From Azolla caroliniana (lineage: Eukaryota; Plantae; Polypodiophyta), in assembly GCA_043228905.1 (NCBI GenBank), contig JBHGNT010000011.1, positions 6,510,001-6,574,000 of the forward strand: a stretch of DNA of 64,000 bases, read 5' to 3'. This document shows positions 62,792-64,000 of this stretch, in pieces. The first letter of the stretch is position 1; the number at the start of each line of letters is the position of its first letter. Made by a program: the position numbers and the translations under genes. The notes beneath the pieces were generated by a model that worked only from the letters and a program-made list of their open reading frames with translations, made no database searches and was not told the origin of the DNA.

Positions 62792-64000
62792 TGTTATCGG
62801 CTGGCAAGAAGGCTTAAAGAGGTCCAAATCAGAGTGTGAAAATGAATAGTTTATTCAGGAACTATTGTAATTAGTAATATTAATATAGATATTAATATAT
62901 GAGAAGATGTGGACGGACGGACCGGAATTGGTATGCCGATCCGGATCCGGACCGATCTCGTAAAGGTGCCGGTTGACACCGTTTTGTAATTCGCACCGGA
63001 GACCTATATAAAAGGCCGGTTATAATGTAATCAGGAGCGGATAATTAATAGAGCTTATTGTCTTAATCTTCCAGTGTTGATTACCGTTCTATATTCATTG
63101 TTCTATCTTACGCGTGTTAATTACGGATTGCTAAGTAACCAATTAAGGTCTAATTAAGCATTGTACCGTAAGTCATTCTGCCGTACCACCCTTTGGTGAA
63201 GTGTCTTAAGTGGACACCCTGTGTTAGGCTGTTGTCCGGCCCTAGGATTAACACAGTTTTTGGCGACCACGATTCCTGCACAATCGCAGTGAACAACGGC
63301 AGGAATGGATGACTAGGCCAACAGACGACCCGGTTACGGAGAGAGCACGAAGACTTGCTGAACGGAGAAGGCGACGAGAGGCTTTCCAGCAAACAGCGGA
63401 AGAAATCCGAATGGATCGATCATTTTCCAAAGTGATCCGGAAAGTGGTGGAGGAGTTAGTTCATCTGCAACAAAACGCCTACCCGGACGAAGGAAGCAGC
63501 TTAAGCAGCCTCCGGGGAGCGGAAACCCTTCTCCAGGCCTTGACCGGAAGAGACGGCGAATCCGAAGCGTTTTCAGCGCTGGAATCGGATTCGGAAGGGG
63601 GTTACAGCGCGCACACGAACTATTGCAGCAGTAACGACACCCCAGGAGGACCGGAGGATGAGGAGTCAGATACATTACCGACACCGGAACCAGAGTTGGC
63701 GGACCGGGAACCTCCAGCACTAGACGTGGAGCAACCTTCGGAGACGGAGAAAGACCGGCAAAAACCTCCAACAACGGAAGTCGAGCTGACAACACCAAAG
63801 GAAGACCGACAAAGACCTCCAATGCCAACGGAACAGCAGGAAAGACCACCAACACCGCCAGCCCGCGTACCGACACTGGACGACGACATGTCGTCCCAGT
63901 ACTCCAAGTATAGGGATGATCCGGACGCGGAGGCTCATGTTCATGCGTTCCAACAAACATGGGAGGCGAACCATGTGTCACAACGGTTAACCGCGGCAGA
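62792..64000 (+). mobile_element. 5' end of an Athila/Tat-like gypsy element: LTR 62792-~63253, PBS and start of gag
   Basis: TGTTA...TAACA, a TATA box at ~63005, a TTTTTGGCGACCAC PBS, and gag-like YSKYRDDPDAEAHVHAFQQTWEAN from ~63888. Confidence 0.8.

Overview
Nuclear DNA from a land plant, most likely a fern or other seed-free euphyllophyte. This is inferred from the transposon types, a miR169 site and a homeodomain-retaining ZPR-like gene. About 1-41.3 kb and 57.5-64 kb are nested, mostly decayed transposons: Ty1/copia, chromoviral and non-chromoviral Ty3/gypsy, several solo LTRs with TSDs, a LINE 3' end and a large Sola2-like DNA transposon. That transposon holds two palindrome-based satellite arrays and a second, convergent RING/FCP1-like gene. 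Two host genes lie at 42-56 kb: a 5-exon NF-YA gene with a miR169 site, and a LITTLE ZIPPER-like gene (degenerate HD-ZIP III homeodomain plus zipper). The most striking observations are four. (1) An antisense tRNA-like A-box/B-box cassette occurs in seven LTR copies of three different LTR types. (2) TAGCTAATTAGCTA palindrome arrays have invertible spacers. (3) A -1 frameshift signal lies between protease and RT. (4) The ZPR-like gene looks like an evolutionary intermediate. All calls were made by eye, with no database searches, so boundaries are approximate unless a TSD or splice site is quoted.
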